Of a stretch of 32,000 bases of DNA, positions 24,845 to 32,000 are shown one piece after another. The notes under the pieces are model-generated. The model saw only the letters and a list, made by a program, of their open reading frames with translations. It ran no database searches and was not told where the DNA came from. Numbering within the stretch: position 1 is the stretch's first letter; each line of letters opens with the position of its first letter. The translations under genes were made by a program, and so were the position numbers. The stretch is from an archaeon (GTDB lineage Archaea > Iainarchaeota > Iainarchaeia > Iainarchaeales > CSSED10-239). The DNA lies in assembly GCA_041657425.1 (NCBI GenBank), contig JBBABY010000004.1, positions 69,789-101,788 of the forward strand, read 5' to 3'.

Positions 24845-25549
24845 TTAAATAATAAAATTAAAGATAAACTTACAGACAAAAAAATTCTAGAGGAATATGA
24901 TATTAGAAAAGAAATAATCACTACTAATGAATCCAAAGACAGAGATTTTATACATCCTTCTTGGGATAGACATCTTGAATCTTATCAAGCTTTATTTAGA
25001 ATAATTAGTTTACATAGATCTTTTCAATCATCTGGGAAATGGAAATACACAAATCTATTAGATTTTCTTAAAGATAAATATACACAAACGCGGAAACCTT
25101 TAGAAATATTAGATGATGGGGCCGGCCACGGTAACTTTCTTGCAGAATTAAAAGAATTATTAAATAATAATAAAATTCCAAGTAAAACTGCCGCCGTTTC
25201 TTTAAGTGATAAACTATCTCCTGCAAATTCAAAAAAGATAGATCGCAAAATTATTGGGGATGTAACAGATTTAAAATTAAATAAAAAATATGATTTAATT
25301 ACTTCCTATTTTGGATCATTAAATTATTTGCCACTAGAAATAAGAAATGAAATAATAAAAAAATATGTTCTTTCTCTTAATAAAAATGGAATTGCAGTAT
25401 TTAGATTTACAGAATATAATGATGGTAAATACAAGCAAACTTTAAAATTTTTATCAATTCTTAAGAAAGTGGGGTTTTCTGTAACTATTCATACAGAAGA
25501 AAATATTGATTCCATGAATTTTATATTATTGATTGAAAGATTAAAATAA
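24794..25549 (+). CDS. Class I SAM-dependent methyltransferase-like protein, paralog 3
   Basis: ILDDGAGHGNFLAEL, AVSLSD, YDLITSYFGS and LNKNGIAVFRF. It lies 21 nt downstream of paralog 2. Confidence 0.75.
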   Translation: MKKAMATQRPKITVSNYLNNKIKDKLTDKKILEEYDIRKEIITTNESKDRDFIHPSWDRHLESYQALFRIISLHRSFQSSGKWKYTNLLDFLKDKYTQTRKPLEILDDGAGHGNFLAELKELLNNNKIPSKTAAVSLSDKLSPANSKKIDRKIIGDVTDLKLNKKYDLITSYFGSLNYLPLEIRNEIIKKYVLSLNKNGIAVFRFTEYNDGKYKQTLKFLSILKKVGFSVTIHTEENIDSMNFILLIERLK

Positions 25550-25562
25550 CGGACCATAACAA

Positions 25563-27455
25563 ATGAACGCTCAACTTTATTTTAGACATGATTCTTTTAG
25601 AAAAGGACAAAAAGATATTATTAGAGATATCTATGAGAGTATCTCTTTAGAAAAAAACATACTTGTACACGCACCAACTGGGACTGGTAAAACTGACTCT
25701 GCTCTTTCTGCTGCAATTACCTTGGCTATTGAAAAGGACTTAAAGGTATTATTCCTTACACCAAAGATTTCTCAACATAAAATCGCTCTTGAAGTTATTG
25801 AAGACTTAAATGACAAATATGACTTAAAGATTAAAGCAATTGACTTTGTTGGGAAAAAAAACATGTGTATTGAACCTGTAATCTCAAAAACAGACTCTAA
25901 TTTTTATGAGATTTGCTTAATGGCCTCAAAAAAGAAACAATGCCCATTCTTTGAAAATATTAGACCAAGTAACAAAGGACAAAGAGATTTACTTGCTTAT
26001 CTCTTGGAAAAAAAGCTAAGTGAAAAAAATGTTCTTAGTCACCTTGAGATAAAAAGAATTGCAGAAGACTTAAAAAGTGCAACAGGAGCTCCACAACCTG
26101 TTTGCGCATACGAACTTGCTAAACTTTTTGCTAAAAGTTGTAGAGTAATTATTGCAGATTATTATCATGTTTTCTCAAGTAAGGTAGCAAAAGCAACACT
26201 CACAGATATTGGAATTGATCTTAAAGACTGTATTGTAATTATTGATGAAGCCCATAATCTTGAAGACCGTTTACTAAAATTAGTTTCTAAATCATTAAAC
26301 ACAAATATGCTACATAGAGCCATCAAAGAAGCAAAAGACATTAAAAATAGTAAACTGAAATTGGTTTTAGAAAAACAACTAGACCACATTGAAAGAATTG
26401 CAGAAAGTAAACTTGCAAATTCAAAAGAAGAAGGAATTGAAAAAGACGAAATACTAATTAAAGAAATTAGAGATGATATTCTTGAAACTATTGGAGAACT
26501 AGATGGTTCTGGTTTAGAATATATTGAAAAACTAAAAGAAAGTAGTTCTGCACTTATTAGTGTTGGTGTTTTCTTAGAAGAATGGATTAAAGAGAAAGAA
26601 GCACACATCAGGTTTATTAAAAAAGAAAGAAATGTTATTAGTGTAAAGTATAATGCTTTAGATGTTTCTATTCTCACTAAAGAAGTTTTTGAAAATCTTC
26701 ATTCTTCTGTTCTTATGTCTGCTACTCTTACTCCACTTTCAATGTATAAAGATATTTTTAATCTTAAGGACACTGTAACTAAAGAATATACTAATCCTTT
26801 TGAAAAAGAAAGAAGACTTAATCTTTTAATTACTGATACTTCAACTAAATATACTCAGAGAAACGATATTGAATATAGAAAAATTGCAGCCCATGTTGAA
26901 AAATGCGTTAATGCAATTCCTGGAAACTGTGTTGTTTTTTTTCCTAGTTTTGAAATCTTAGGAGACATCGTTCCAATGCTGAAAGTAATTAACAAACCAA
27001 AAATTGTTCAAGAAGAAAATATGGACAGCCATGACTTTGATGAAATGATTAATGGGTTTAAGAAACACTCAAAGAGTCTAAAGGGCAGTGTATTGTTTGC
27101 AGTCATGGGGGGGAAAGCCTCTGAAGGAATTGATCTTCCAGGTAATCTTTTGATTGGCGCCGTTATTGTTGGTATCCCCTTAGCAAAGATGGAACTAGAG
27201 ACAAAAGCAAAGATTGATTACTATGAAATCAAGTTTAAGAATGGATGGAACTATGCTTATATACAACCAGCAATTCAGAAAGTCATACAAAGTGCAGGAA
27301 GAGTCATTAGGACTGACACTGATAAAGGAGTAATTGTTTTTATTGATGCTCGCTTCCATTGGGAAAACTATAGAAAATGTTTTCCAAAGGATATGCAGTT
27401 TGTAATTAGTAAAGACTCACAAGCAGAAATTGGAAAGTTTTTTGAAAATATCTAA
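25563..27455 (+). CDS. xpd: XPD/Rad3-family (DinG-like) 5'-3' DNA helicase with a 4-Cys FeS domain
   Basis: Walker A HAPTGTGKT and the DEAH box IIDEAHNL. Four Cys lie between them (KNMC..., YEIC..., KKQC..., PVCAY) for the FeS cluster. A Lys/Glu-rich Arch-like insertion follows, and the C-terminal motifs are GKASEGID and QSAGRVIR. Confidence 0.9.
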   Translation: MNAQLYFRHDSFRKGQKDIIRDIYESISLEKNILVHAPTGTGKTDSALSAAITLAIEKDLKVLFLTPKISQHKIALEVIEDLNDKYDLKIKAIDFVGKKNMCIEPVISKTDSNFYEICLMASKKKQCPFFENIRPSNKGQRDLLAYLLEKKLSEKNVLSHLEIKRIAEDLKSATGAPQPVCAYELAKLFAKSCRVIIADYYHVFSSKVAKATLTDIGIDLKDCIVIIDEAHNLEDRLLKLVSKSLNTNMLHRAIKEAKDIKNSKLKLVLEKQLDHIERIAESKLANSKEEGIEKDEILIKEIRDDILETIGELDGSGLEYIEKLKESSSALISVGVFLEEWIKEKEAHIRFIKKERNVISVKYNALDVSILTKEVFENLHSSVLMSATLTPLSMYKDIFNLKDTVTKEYTNPFEKERRLNLLITDTSTKYTQRNDIEYRKIAAHVEKCVNAIPGNCVVFFPSFEILGDIVPMLKVINKPKIVQEENMDSHDFDEMINGFKKHSKSLKGSVLFAVMGGKASEGIDLPGNLLIGAVIVGIPLAKMELETKAKIDYYEIKFKNGWNYAYIQPAIQKVIQSAGRVIRTDTDKGVIVFIDARFHWENYRKCFPKDMQFVISKDSQAEIGKFFENI

Positions 27456-27469
27456 AAGAGGAAATAAAT

Positions 27470-27934
27470 ATGTATCAAGATGAAGAGAAATTAAAAAAAT
27501 ATATTGTAGAAAGCAAAGTACAAGGAGAACACCTAAGTTTTAGTCAATCCTGTCACACAGTTAAAGAAGCAGCGACTACTGCAAAAGCAGACCCTTTAAA
27601 TTTTGTGAAAAATATTTGTATGATTGACGCAAATGGCCAATTAATTGTTGCAATTATAAAAGGAGAAGATAGGGCTAGTACTTCTCAAGTTGCAAAAGCA
27701 TTAAATATTGAAAGACCAAGACTTGCAACAGAAGAAGAAATTTTAAAGAAGACAGGATATCCTTCAGGAGGAATTCCTTCATTTGGATACCCTGCTAAGT
27801 TTTTGATTGACCCTAGAGTTATGGAAAAAGAAATAATATACACTGGCGGAGGATCAAAATACTCCCTTGTAAAAATCGCATCAAAAGAACTTGTGAGAAT
27901 AAATAATGGAATTATTTTTAAAATAAGAAAGTAA
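27470..27934 (+). CDS. YbaK/ProX-type aminoacyl-tRNA deacylase domain protein
   Basis: 154 aa, ...HTVKEAA...LIVAIIKGEDRASTSQVAKAL...TGYPSGGIPSFGYP...GGGS.... An SD-like GAGG lies 9 nt upstream of the ATG. Confidence 0.75.
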   Translation: MYQDEEKLKKYIVESKVQGEHLSFSQSCHTVKEAATTAKADPLNFVKNICMIDANGQLIVAIIKGEDRASTSQVAKALNIERPRLATEEEILKKTGYPSGGIPSFGYPAKFLIDPRVMEKEIIYTGGGSKYSLVKIASKELVRINNGIIFKIRK

Positions 27935-28195
27935 TTATTTTCCACACCATCTATCATAATTTTTGTGATCATTAAATATTCTAACTACTATTATTCTATT
28001 TTCTTGAATATCATATACTATTCTTCCAAAATAACCAATCTTTTCTACAAAATAAGGTAATCCGTAATGCAAATGTTTTCTTGAAAGCTCTTCTTGTGAA
28101 ATTTTTATTAAATGACTATATACTTGTTTTTTAAAGTCTAAAGTAAAATTATCTAAATCTTTTTCTGCTTCTTTAAAAAATACTATCTCCATCAT
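27935..28195 (-). CDS. RelE/ParE-family type II toxin
   Basis: 86 aa, IVFFKEAEKDLDNF...YFGRIVYDIQENRIIVVRIFNDHKNY. Overlaps the upstream antitoxin gene by 4 nt (ATGA). Confidence 0.75.
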   Translation of the reverse strand: MMEIVFFKEAEKDLDNFTLDFKKQVYSHLIKISQEELSRKHLHYGLPYFVEKIGYFGRIVYDIQENRIIVVRIFNDHKNYDRWCGK

Positions 28196-28479
28196 TTTTC
28201 CGCCATCTCTGGATGTCTTTTTAAAACTTCTTCAAAAGTATATAATTTGGTCTTGCCTTTTTTGAGTTTCTCCATCTCTCTTGCAATTGCTTTATTTACA
28301 AGTATTACTTCTTCTTTACTTGGCTTTTCTTCCATCTTGTGTTTTTGTGCAAGTTCAAGTATTCCTGCTCTTACTACTTCGCTTTTTGTTGTATAATAAC
28401 CTTGCTCAACAAAATCAGAAAGATATTTTGCTTGTTTTCCTTTTAATCTAATAGTAAATTCGATTTCTTTTTCACTCAT
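28192..28479 (-). CDS. Ribbon-helix-helix (CopG/ParD-like) antitoxin
   Basis: The N-terminal beta-strand plus helices IEFTIRLKGKQAKYLSDFVEQGYYTTKSEVVRAGILELAQ are typical of RHH. It sits upstream of, and overlaps, the toxin gene. Confidence 0.7.
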   Translation of the reverse strand: MSEKEIEFTIRLKGKQAKYLSDFVEQGYYTTKSEVVRAGILELAQKHKMEEKPSKEEVILVNKAIAREMEKLKKGKTKLYTFEEVLKRHPEMAEK

Positions 28480-28523
28480 AATTATTCACAAATATATTAT
28501 ATATTGAAAGAATTAAATAGATA

Positions 28524-29558
28524 TCATTTTGATATCTTTTTGATATCTACAGGTTTTGACTTTATTTTCTTAAATGTATCTAGAAGATCTCCTGGAAAGT
28601 AATTAAAAAGATGTTCCTTATGGATGGGGGTGGTTTCAAACTCTTTTATTAAATCTCTAAACTTGTCTCTAATAAGTCTTGTAAAATCAATCATGTCGTC
28701 TGTACTTTGTACTTCGAAATCAATTTCAAAGTCCCAATAACCAATAACTTTTGTAATATCAAAAACACACATATTGTTTTGAAGATAAGTAATTAATTCC
28801 TCTTCTTGAGATTCATTTATATTATTAAATTTAATTAATGACTTATAAGCTATCCTTCCGGTCTTTTCAATATTTAGATGTGGTTTGAATCCTTCAATTA
28901 TATTTTTTTCTTGAAGTTCTTTTATTCTGTAGATTATTGTGTTAGGAGAGGTATCTACAATTCCTGCAACCTCTACTGAACCAACTCTTGCGTTCTTTGA
29001 GATTGCAAAAAGAACTTTTAGATCAATTGAGTCTAGTTTTAGGGGAGTTAAGTCTTCTGAACAAATAAAAGATTTCTTGTTTATCTCTCTATACTTCTTT
29101 GCAAAGTAATCTCTTCCAAAATATATATTTTCTAAAGTTGTTAAAACATCTATGTTACTTACATTTTCGGGAAACTCTGCTCTTAAATCTTTTAAGAAAC
29201 AATAATATTGGACAATATTTCTTGCTAAATAATCCACAATTAAATCCCAGTGTCCTGTACATTCTGCTAAGTAAGAAACATTTCCGTTTTCTTTTAGATA
29301 ATTAATTAACTTAATTTCCATCTTTGGAGACATATTTGATAATCTTATCATTGTTCTGTAGCTTGTATAACCTAGCTTAACGAAATTAATAACTGTATAG
29401 AACCCAAGAATTATTTCTTTTTTCTCAAGATTTGCTAAACGATAACTAAGAACTTGCTGAGAGGTTTTAAGTGTTTTTGCAATATTAGAGATTGGCTGCC
29501 TTGAATCCTTTTCTAGTTCTACTAAAAACTTTAAATCAAATTTATCTAATGACTCCAT
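28524..29558 (-). CDS. Tandem (duplicated) Lrp/AsnC-family transcriptional regulator
   Basis: Two HTH_AsnC-type units: DKFDLKFLVELEKDSRQPISNIAKTLKTSQQVLSYRLANLEKKEII and DSIDLKVLFAISKNARVGSVEVAGIVDTSPNTIIYRIKELQEKNII. Each is followed by a RAM-like alpha/beta segment. The start is set at MESLDKF; the 28-codon upstream extension to 29642 looks non-coding. Confidence 0.8.
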   Translation of the reverse strand: MESLDKFDLKFLVELEKDSRQPISNIAKTLKTSQQVLSYRLANLEKKEIILGFYTVINFVKLGYTSYRTMIRLSNMSPKMEIKLINYLKENGNVSYLAECTGHWDLIVDYLARNIVQYYCFLKDLRAEFPENVSNIDVLTTLENIYFGRDYFAKKYREINKKSFICSEDLTPLKLDSIDLKVLFAISKNARVGSVEVAGIVDTSPNTIIYRIKELQEKNIIEGFKPHLNIEKTGRIAYKSLIKFNNINESQEEELITYLQNNMCVFDITKVIGYWDFEIDFEVQSTDDMIDFTRLIRDKFRDLIKEFETTPIHKEHLFNYFPGDLLDTFKKIKSKPVDIKKISK

Positions 29559-29590
29559 ATTTGTATTTATGAGAAAAAGACATATAAATA

Positions 29591-29604
29591 TTGCGATTTC
29601 ACAA
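29591..29604. promoter_or_regulatory. Imperfect palindrome TTGCGATTTCACAA next to the TATA-like box of the Lrp gene (candidate Lrp-type operator)
   Basis: 10/14 positions are self-complementary, with TTG...CAA ends as in archaeal Lrp-type boxes. It lies 33-46 nt upstream of the ATG at 29558, within the 127-nt divergent intergenic region. Confidence 0.3.
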
Positions 29605-29685
29605 AAATTTTGGAAAAAAGGTATATTAAGCTTCAAATACACAAAATACTTATTATAGTAAACAAATTACAAAAAACCAAAATTT

Positions 29686-31272
29686 ATGAAAACACTTTTG
29701 ATAATTCCCCCGAATTATCCCCTTATTCCAAAAACTGAAATGGAAGACAATAACAACAAACCAAACACTCATTCTCTTTCATCCCCTCTTTTACTTCCTT
29801 ACTATCTATTTTTTTCTAATGATTTAGAATTTATCTGTATTGACTACTTTTTTTCAGTTTCTAAAGTTTCTAAATCTCTTGATAATGCATTACTTGAAAT
29901 TACAAAGAAAAAATTTGATACTTTACTATTTGATAGATGCTTGTTTGAAGAATCAAATGACTATAAACAAAATGTGTGTAATTTAATTTTAAAAATTAAA
30001 AACAAATATCCAAAACTAAAAATCGGATTTATTGTAAATAAACCAACTACTGAAGACTGTGACTTCTTTATAACTTTAAAAAATGGAAAATTAATATCTC
30101 CAGAAAACGTCACTATTAACTCTACTGTAAAAATAAATTATAAATTACGAGAAATATTTGAATATTCCAAAAAAGAAGTAACTGAGTTGTGCGCGATTTG
30201 TAATACTGTAGATCATAAGTTATTTGTGGAAGTCCTGAAACAAGAGAGCTATAATTTTAATATTGTGGATTGTAATTTTAATAATAAAATAATTACAGAA
30301 TTAAAAAAAATTAAAGCAGACTATTTTGATTTTGAATTCCAAACCTCTACAATTCTTGAAAATCTATTAGAGCAAGACTTTAATCAATTGCTTTCTTTAG
30401 GATTAAAGAAACTTAATTGTGTAAGTAATTGTAATAACTTTCCTTTAATTACTGAAAATATAGAGAAATTAAAGACAATTAATCAAAACATAAAACTGCA
30501 GTTCAATATATTCCCAAGTAATGATAATCAAAAACTATTTGAGATAATTGAATTATTTGATCAGGAAAAAATACCATACACTATTCAAAAAACAGAACCC
30601 AAAATACAAACTAAAAAAGACTTTGAATTTTTCAGTTATGTTTCTTTATTACAAGCACTTGATAAAGGAAACACAGGAGTAAAAGAAATTAAAGAAAGAA
30701 TAAAACAAGAAATGCCGTTATTAAAAGAAAACATTACATTTGAACAAACACTTGATTTTTGTATAAACTCTGAAAAGAAGTATTTGGAATTTTATCTTGA
30801 AATTATTCACTTCCTAGATGGTTTCTTTACAAAAAATGAAATTATTGAATACCTAAAGAAATTACATCCTAGTACCAAAGCAGAAAATATAGAATCAATC
30901 GTTAGTAATTGTATAAATTTACTTGAAAAAGAAATGTTTATCGACTATCTTAATTCTAATAAAAATAACTTAAACTTAAAAAAAAATAACTCCCACTATC
31001 TGAGTTCGCTTCCAAGAATTGAAAACTTATTTTTAATGTATTCTGGAGATGAAAAAGGATATATCTTTAAACTAGGATTTAAGAATATAGAAGAAATACC
31101 TAAAGACGTTTTCTTTTTCTTTGTGTTTTCTAAAGGAATTTATTTCCTTAAAGAAATTTCTTTAAAACTACAATTACTTTTTGGAGACAAAAAAGAATAC
31201 AGTAAAGAAAATTCACTTAAAACCACTGAAAAACTATATCAGAGACTAAAGCAATACAAATTATGCAAGTGA
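29686..31272 (+). CDS. Hypothetical 528-aa protein, an orphan divergently paired with the tandem Lrp regulator
   Basis: A clean ORF. The N-terminus (MKTLLIIPPNYPL...LEFICIDYFF...FDTLLFDRC...KYPKLKIGFIV) vaguely resembles the B12-binding-like N-domain of radical SAM enzymes, but no CxxxCxxC is present. The C-terminal half contains two small helical segments of PqqD/wHTH-like pattern (for example 30772..30948). Confidence 0.6.
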   Translation: MKTLLIIPPNYPLIPKTEMEDNNNKPNTHSLSSPLLLPYYLFFSNDLEFICIDYFFSVSKVSKSLDNALLEITKKKFDTLLFDRCLFEESNDYKQNVCNLILKIKNKYPKLKIGFIVNKPTTEDCDFFITLKNGKLISPENVTINSTVKINYKLREIFEYSKKEVTELCAICNTVDHKLFVEVLKQESYNFNIVDCNFNNKIITELKKIKADYFDFEFQTSTILENLLEQDFNQLLSLGLKKLNCVSNCNNFPLITENIEKLKTINQNIKLQFNIFPSNDNQKLFEIIELFDQEKIPYTIQKTEPKIQTKKDFEFFSYVSLLQALDKGNTGVKEIKERIKQEMPLLKENITFEQTLDFCINSEKKYLEFYLEIIHFLDGFFTKNEIIEYLKKLHPSTKAENIESIVSNCINLLEKEMFIDYLNSNKNNLNLKKNNSHYLSSLPRIENLFLMYSGDEKGYIFKLGFKNIEEIPKDVFFFFVFSKGIYFLKEISLKLQLLFGDKKEYSKENSLKTTEKLYQRLKQYKLCK

Positions 31273-31293
31273 CTTTTCCCCAAAAAGCTTTTT
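31273..31293 (+). terminator. Short stem-loop/palindrome plus T-tract after the 528-aa gene
   Basis: CTTTTCCCCAAAAAGCTTTTT: CTTTT/AAAAG can pair around CCCC, AAAAAGCTTTTT is a perfect 12-nt palindrome, and the segment ends in T5. Confidence 0.3.
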
Positions 31294-31303
31294 AATCTAT
31301 TTC

Positions 31304-31313
31304 TTATATATTA
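31304..31313 (+). promoter_or_regulatory. TATA-like box for trpS
   Basis: TTATATATTA is centred about 25 nt upstream of the ATG at 31333. Confidence 0.35.
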
Positions 31314-31332
31314 TATGTAATTGTGATTAAAT

Positions 31333-32000
31333 ATGGCAGAAGAAGAATTTACAGTAACTCCTTGGGAAATAGAAGGGAAAGTTGACTATGAAAAATTGAT
31401 TAAACAATTTGGAACAACTGAACTGAATAAACAAATACTTGAAAAGCTTAGACTTAAGACTAAATCAAAAAAACTTCATCATTTCTTTACAAGAGGATTT
31501 ATCTATTCACATAGAGATCTTGAAAAAATTATTGATAATATTGATAAAAATAATTTCTTTATCTATACTGGAAGAGGACCTTCTGGGCAAATGCATATTG
31601 GACACCTTATTCCTTTTATGATTACCAAATGGTTTCAAGATGAATTTGATTGTAATGTTTATATTGCTATGGCAGATGATGAGAAATTTGCATTTAAGGA
31701 AAAACTTACATTTGAAGAGATGGCAACAATAAGTGCTGACAACTTTAAAGATATTTCTGCAATTGATTTTAATACTGATAAAACATTTTTCTTTTCTGAT
31801 ATTGAATTTATTTCTAAACTTTATCCTATTGCTTTAAAGTTTGCAAAGAAAACAACATTTTCCACAGCTAAAGGAGTATTTGGATTTACTAATGATAATA
31901 ATATTGGTCAAATTATTTATCCTGTCATTCAAGTTGCACCAACCGCTCTTGAAGACAAATATTGTTTAATTCCTGCTGGTATTGACCAAGACCCTTACTG
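31333..32000 (+). CDS. trpS: Tryptophanyl-tRNA synthetase, archaeal/eukaryal type (N-terminal 222 aa; continues past the right edge)
   Basis: Manual translation gives MAEEEFTVTPWEIEGKVDYEKLIKQFGTTELNKQ...FFTRGFIYSHRDLEKI...FIYTGRGPSGQMHIGHLIPF...MADDEKF...IPAGIDQDPY. This includes the TPW..G..DY.KLI..FG N-terminus, the HIGH motif and GIDQDPY. It is not in the ORF track because it is truncated by the window edge. Confidence 0.9.
   Translation, partial: MAEEEFTVTPWEIEGKVDYEKLIKQFGTTELNKQILEKLRLKTKSKKLHHFFTRGFIYSHRDLEKIIDNIDKNNFFIYTGRGPSGQMHIGHLIPFMITKWFQDEFDCNVYIAMADDEKFAFKEKLTFEEMATISADNFKDISAIDFNTDKTFFFSDIEFISKLYPIALKFAKKTTFSTAKGVFGFTNDNNIGQIIYPVIQVAPTALEDKYCLIPAGIDQDPY

Noticed and set aside
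26165-26677. 170-aa minus-strand ORF antisense to xpd. Similar antisense ORFs occur at 27685..27972, 22287..22526, 25024..25248, 16595..16825, 19040..19357, 19860..20057, 20793..20990, 21271..21459, 15477..15710 and 29099..29305.
   Set aside because: This is a Ser/Leu-rich mirror of the Lys/Glu-rich Arch-domain coding region. The sense genes have unambiguous conserved motifs, so the antisense ORFs are artefacts.
27107-27113. G7 homopolymers in xpd (27107..27113) and at the 3' end of the pilin-like gene (3381..3387) as possible phase-variation tracts
   Set aside because: The xpd tract encodes the conserved Gly-Gly of the GGKxSEGID helicase motif. The other tract affects only the last four codons. 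There is no evidence of slippage-based regulation.
25563-27455. XPD/DinG-like helicase as a component of a defence system, for example a type IV CRISPR or other DinG-associated system
   Set aside because: It has the full canonical archaeal XPD layout (FeS 4-Cys, Arch insertion, all helicase motifs). There are no cas or nuclease partners nearby, so it is most parsimoniously the housekeeping XPD.
30400-30450. Radical SAM cluster motif in the 528-aa protein
   Set aside because: The only near-match is CVSNCNNF, which lacks the third Cys, and ELCAIC is CxxC only. I therefore do not call it a radical SAM enzyme.
31439-31621. 60-aa plus-strand ORF
   Set aside because: It is out of frame within the trpS coding region, which translates into canonical TrpRS motifs in the frame starting at 31333.
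1-32000. Search for tRNA/rRNA genes, CRISPR repeats, integrases, transposases and IS-like inverted repeats
   Set aside because: All intergenic gaps are at most 160 nt and AT-rich, with no GC-rich cloverleaf-like segments. I saw no regularly spaced direct repeats and no ORF with recombinase or transposase motifs.

Overview
Strongly AT-rich segment (roughly 30% G+C by eye) that looks archaeal, most plausibly from a small-genome DPANN-like archaeon. Supporting this: an archaeal/eukaryal-type TrpRS, an XPD/Rad3 helicase with a 4-Cys FeS module, a tandem Lrp/AsnC regulator, a class III (prepilin-type) signal peptide, BRE/TATA-like boxes about 25 nt before many start codons, and oligo-T tracts after stop codons. 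No rRNA, tRNA, CRISPR array, integrase or transposase was seen. The left 14 kb is a minus-strand cell-surface locus. It holds a 2953-aa N-terminally anchored giant protein (5165..14026) whose membrane-distal C-terminus carries an NlpC/P60-CHAP-like Cys-His-His papain-fold domain. Next comes a 575-aa protein with a type IV pilin-like signal peptide (3371..5098). The third gene is a collinear paralogous giant protein that runs off the left edge (<1..3224) and is missing from the supplied ORF track. I consider this the best candidate for an undescribed system: a host- or prey-contact apparatus with an envelope-degrading tip. The right 18 kb mixes housekeeping genes (lemA, LMW-PTP, ppsA, DUF2207, SGNH hydrolase, EFR1 ferredoxin, XPD, YbaK-like deacylase, trpS) with accessory content. 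That content includes three type II toxin-antitoxin pairs, one being a DUF4065/Panacea antitoxin with a RelE-fold toxin. It also includes three paralogous class I methyltransferase-like genes, two in tandem with a near-identical 59-nt 5' block, split by a TA insertion. A 14-nt motif sits at the same position relative to BRE/TATA upstream of two unrelated TA operons. A tandem Lrp regulator is divergently paired with an orphan 528-aa protein.
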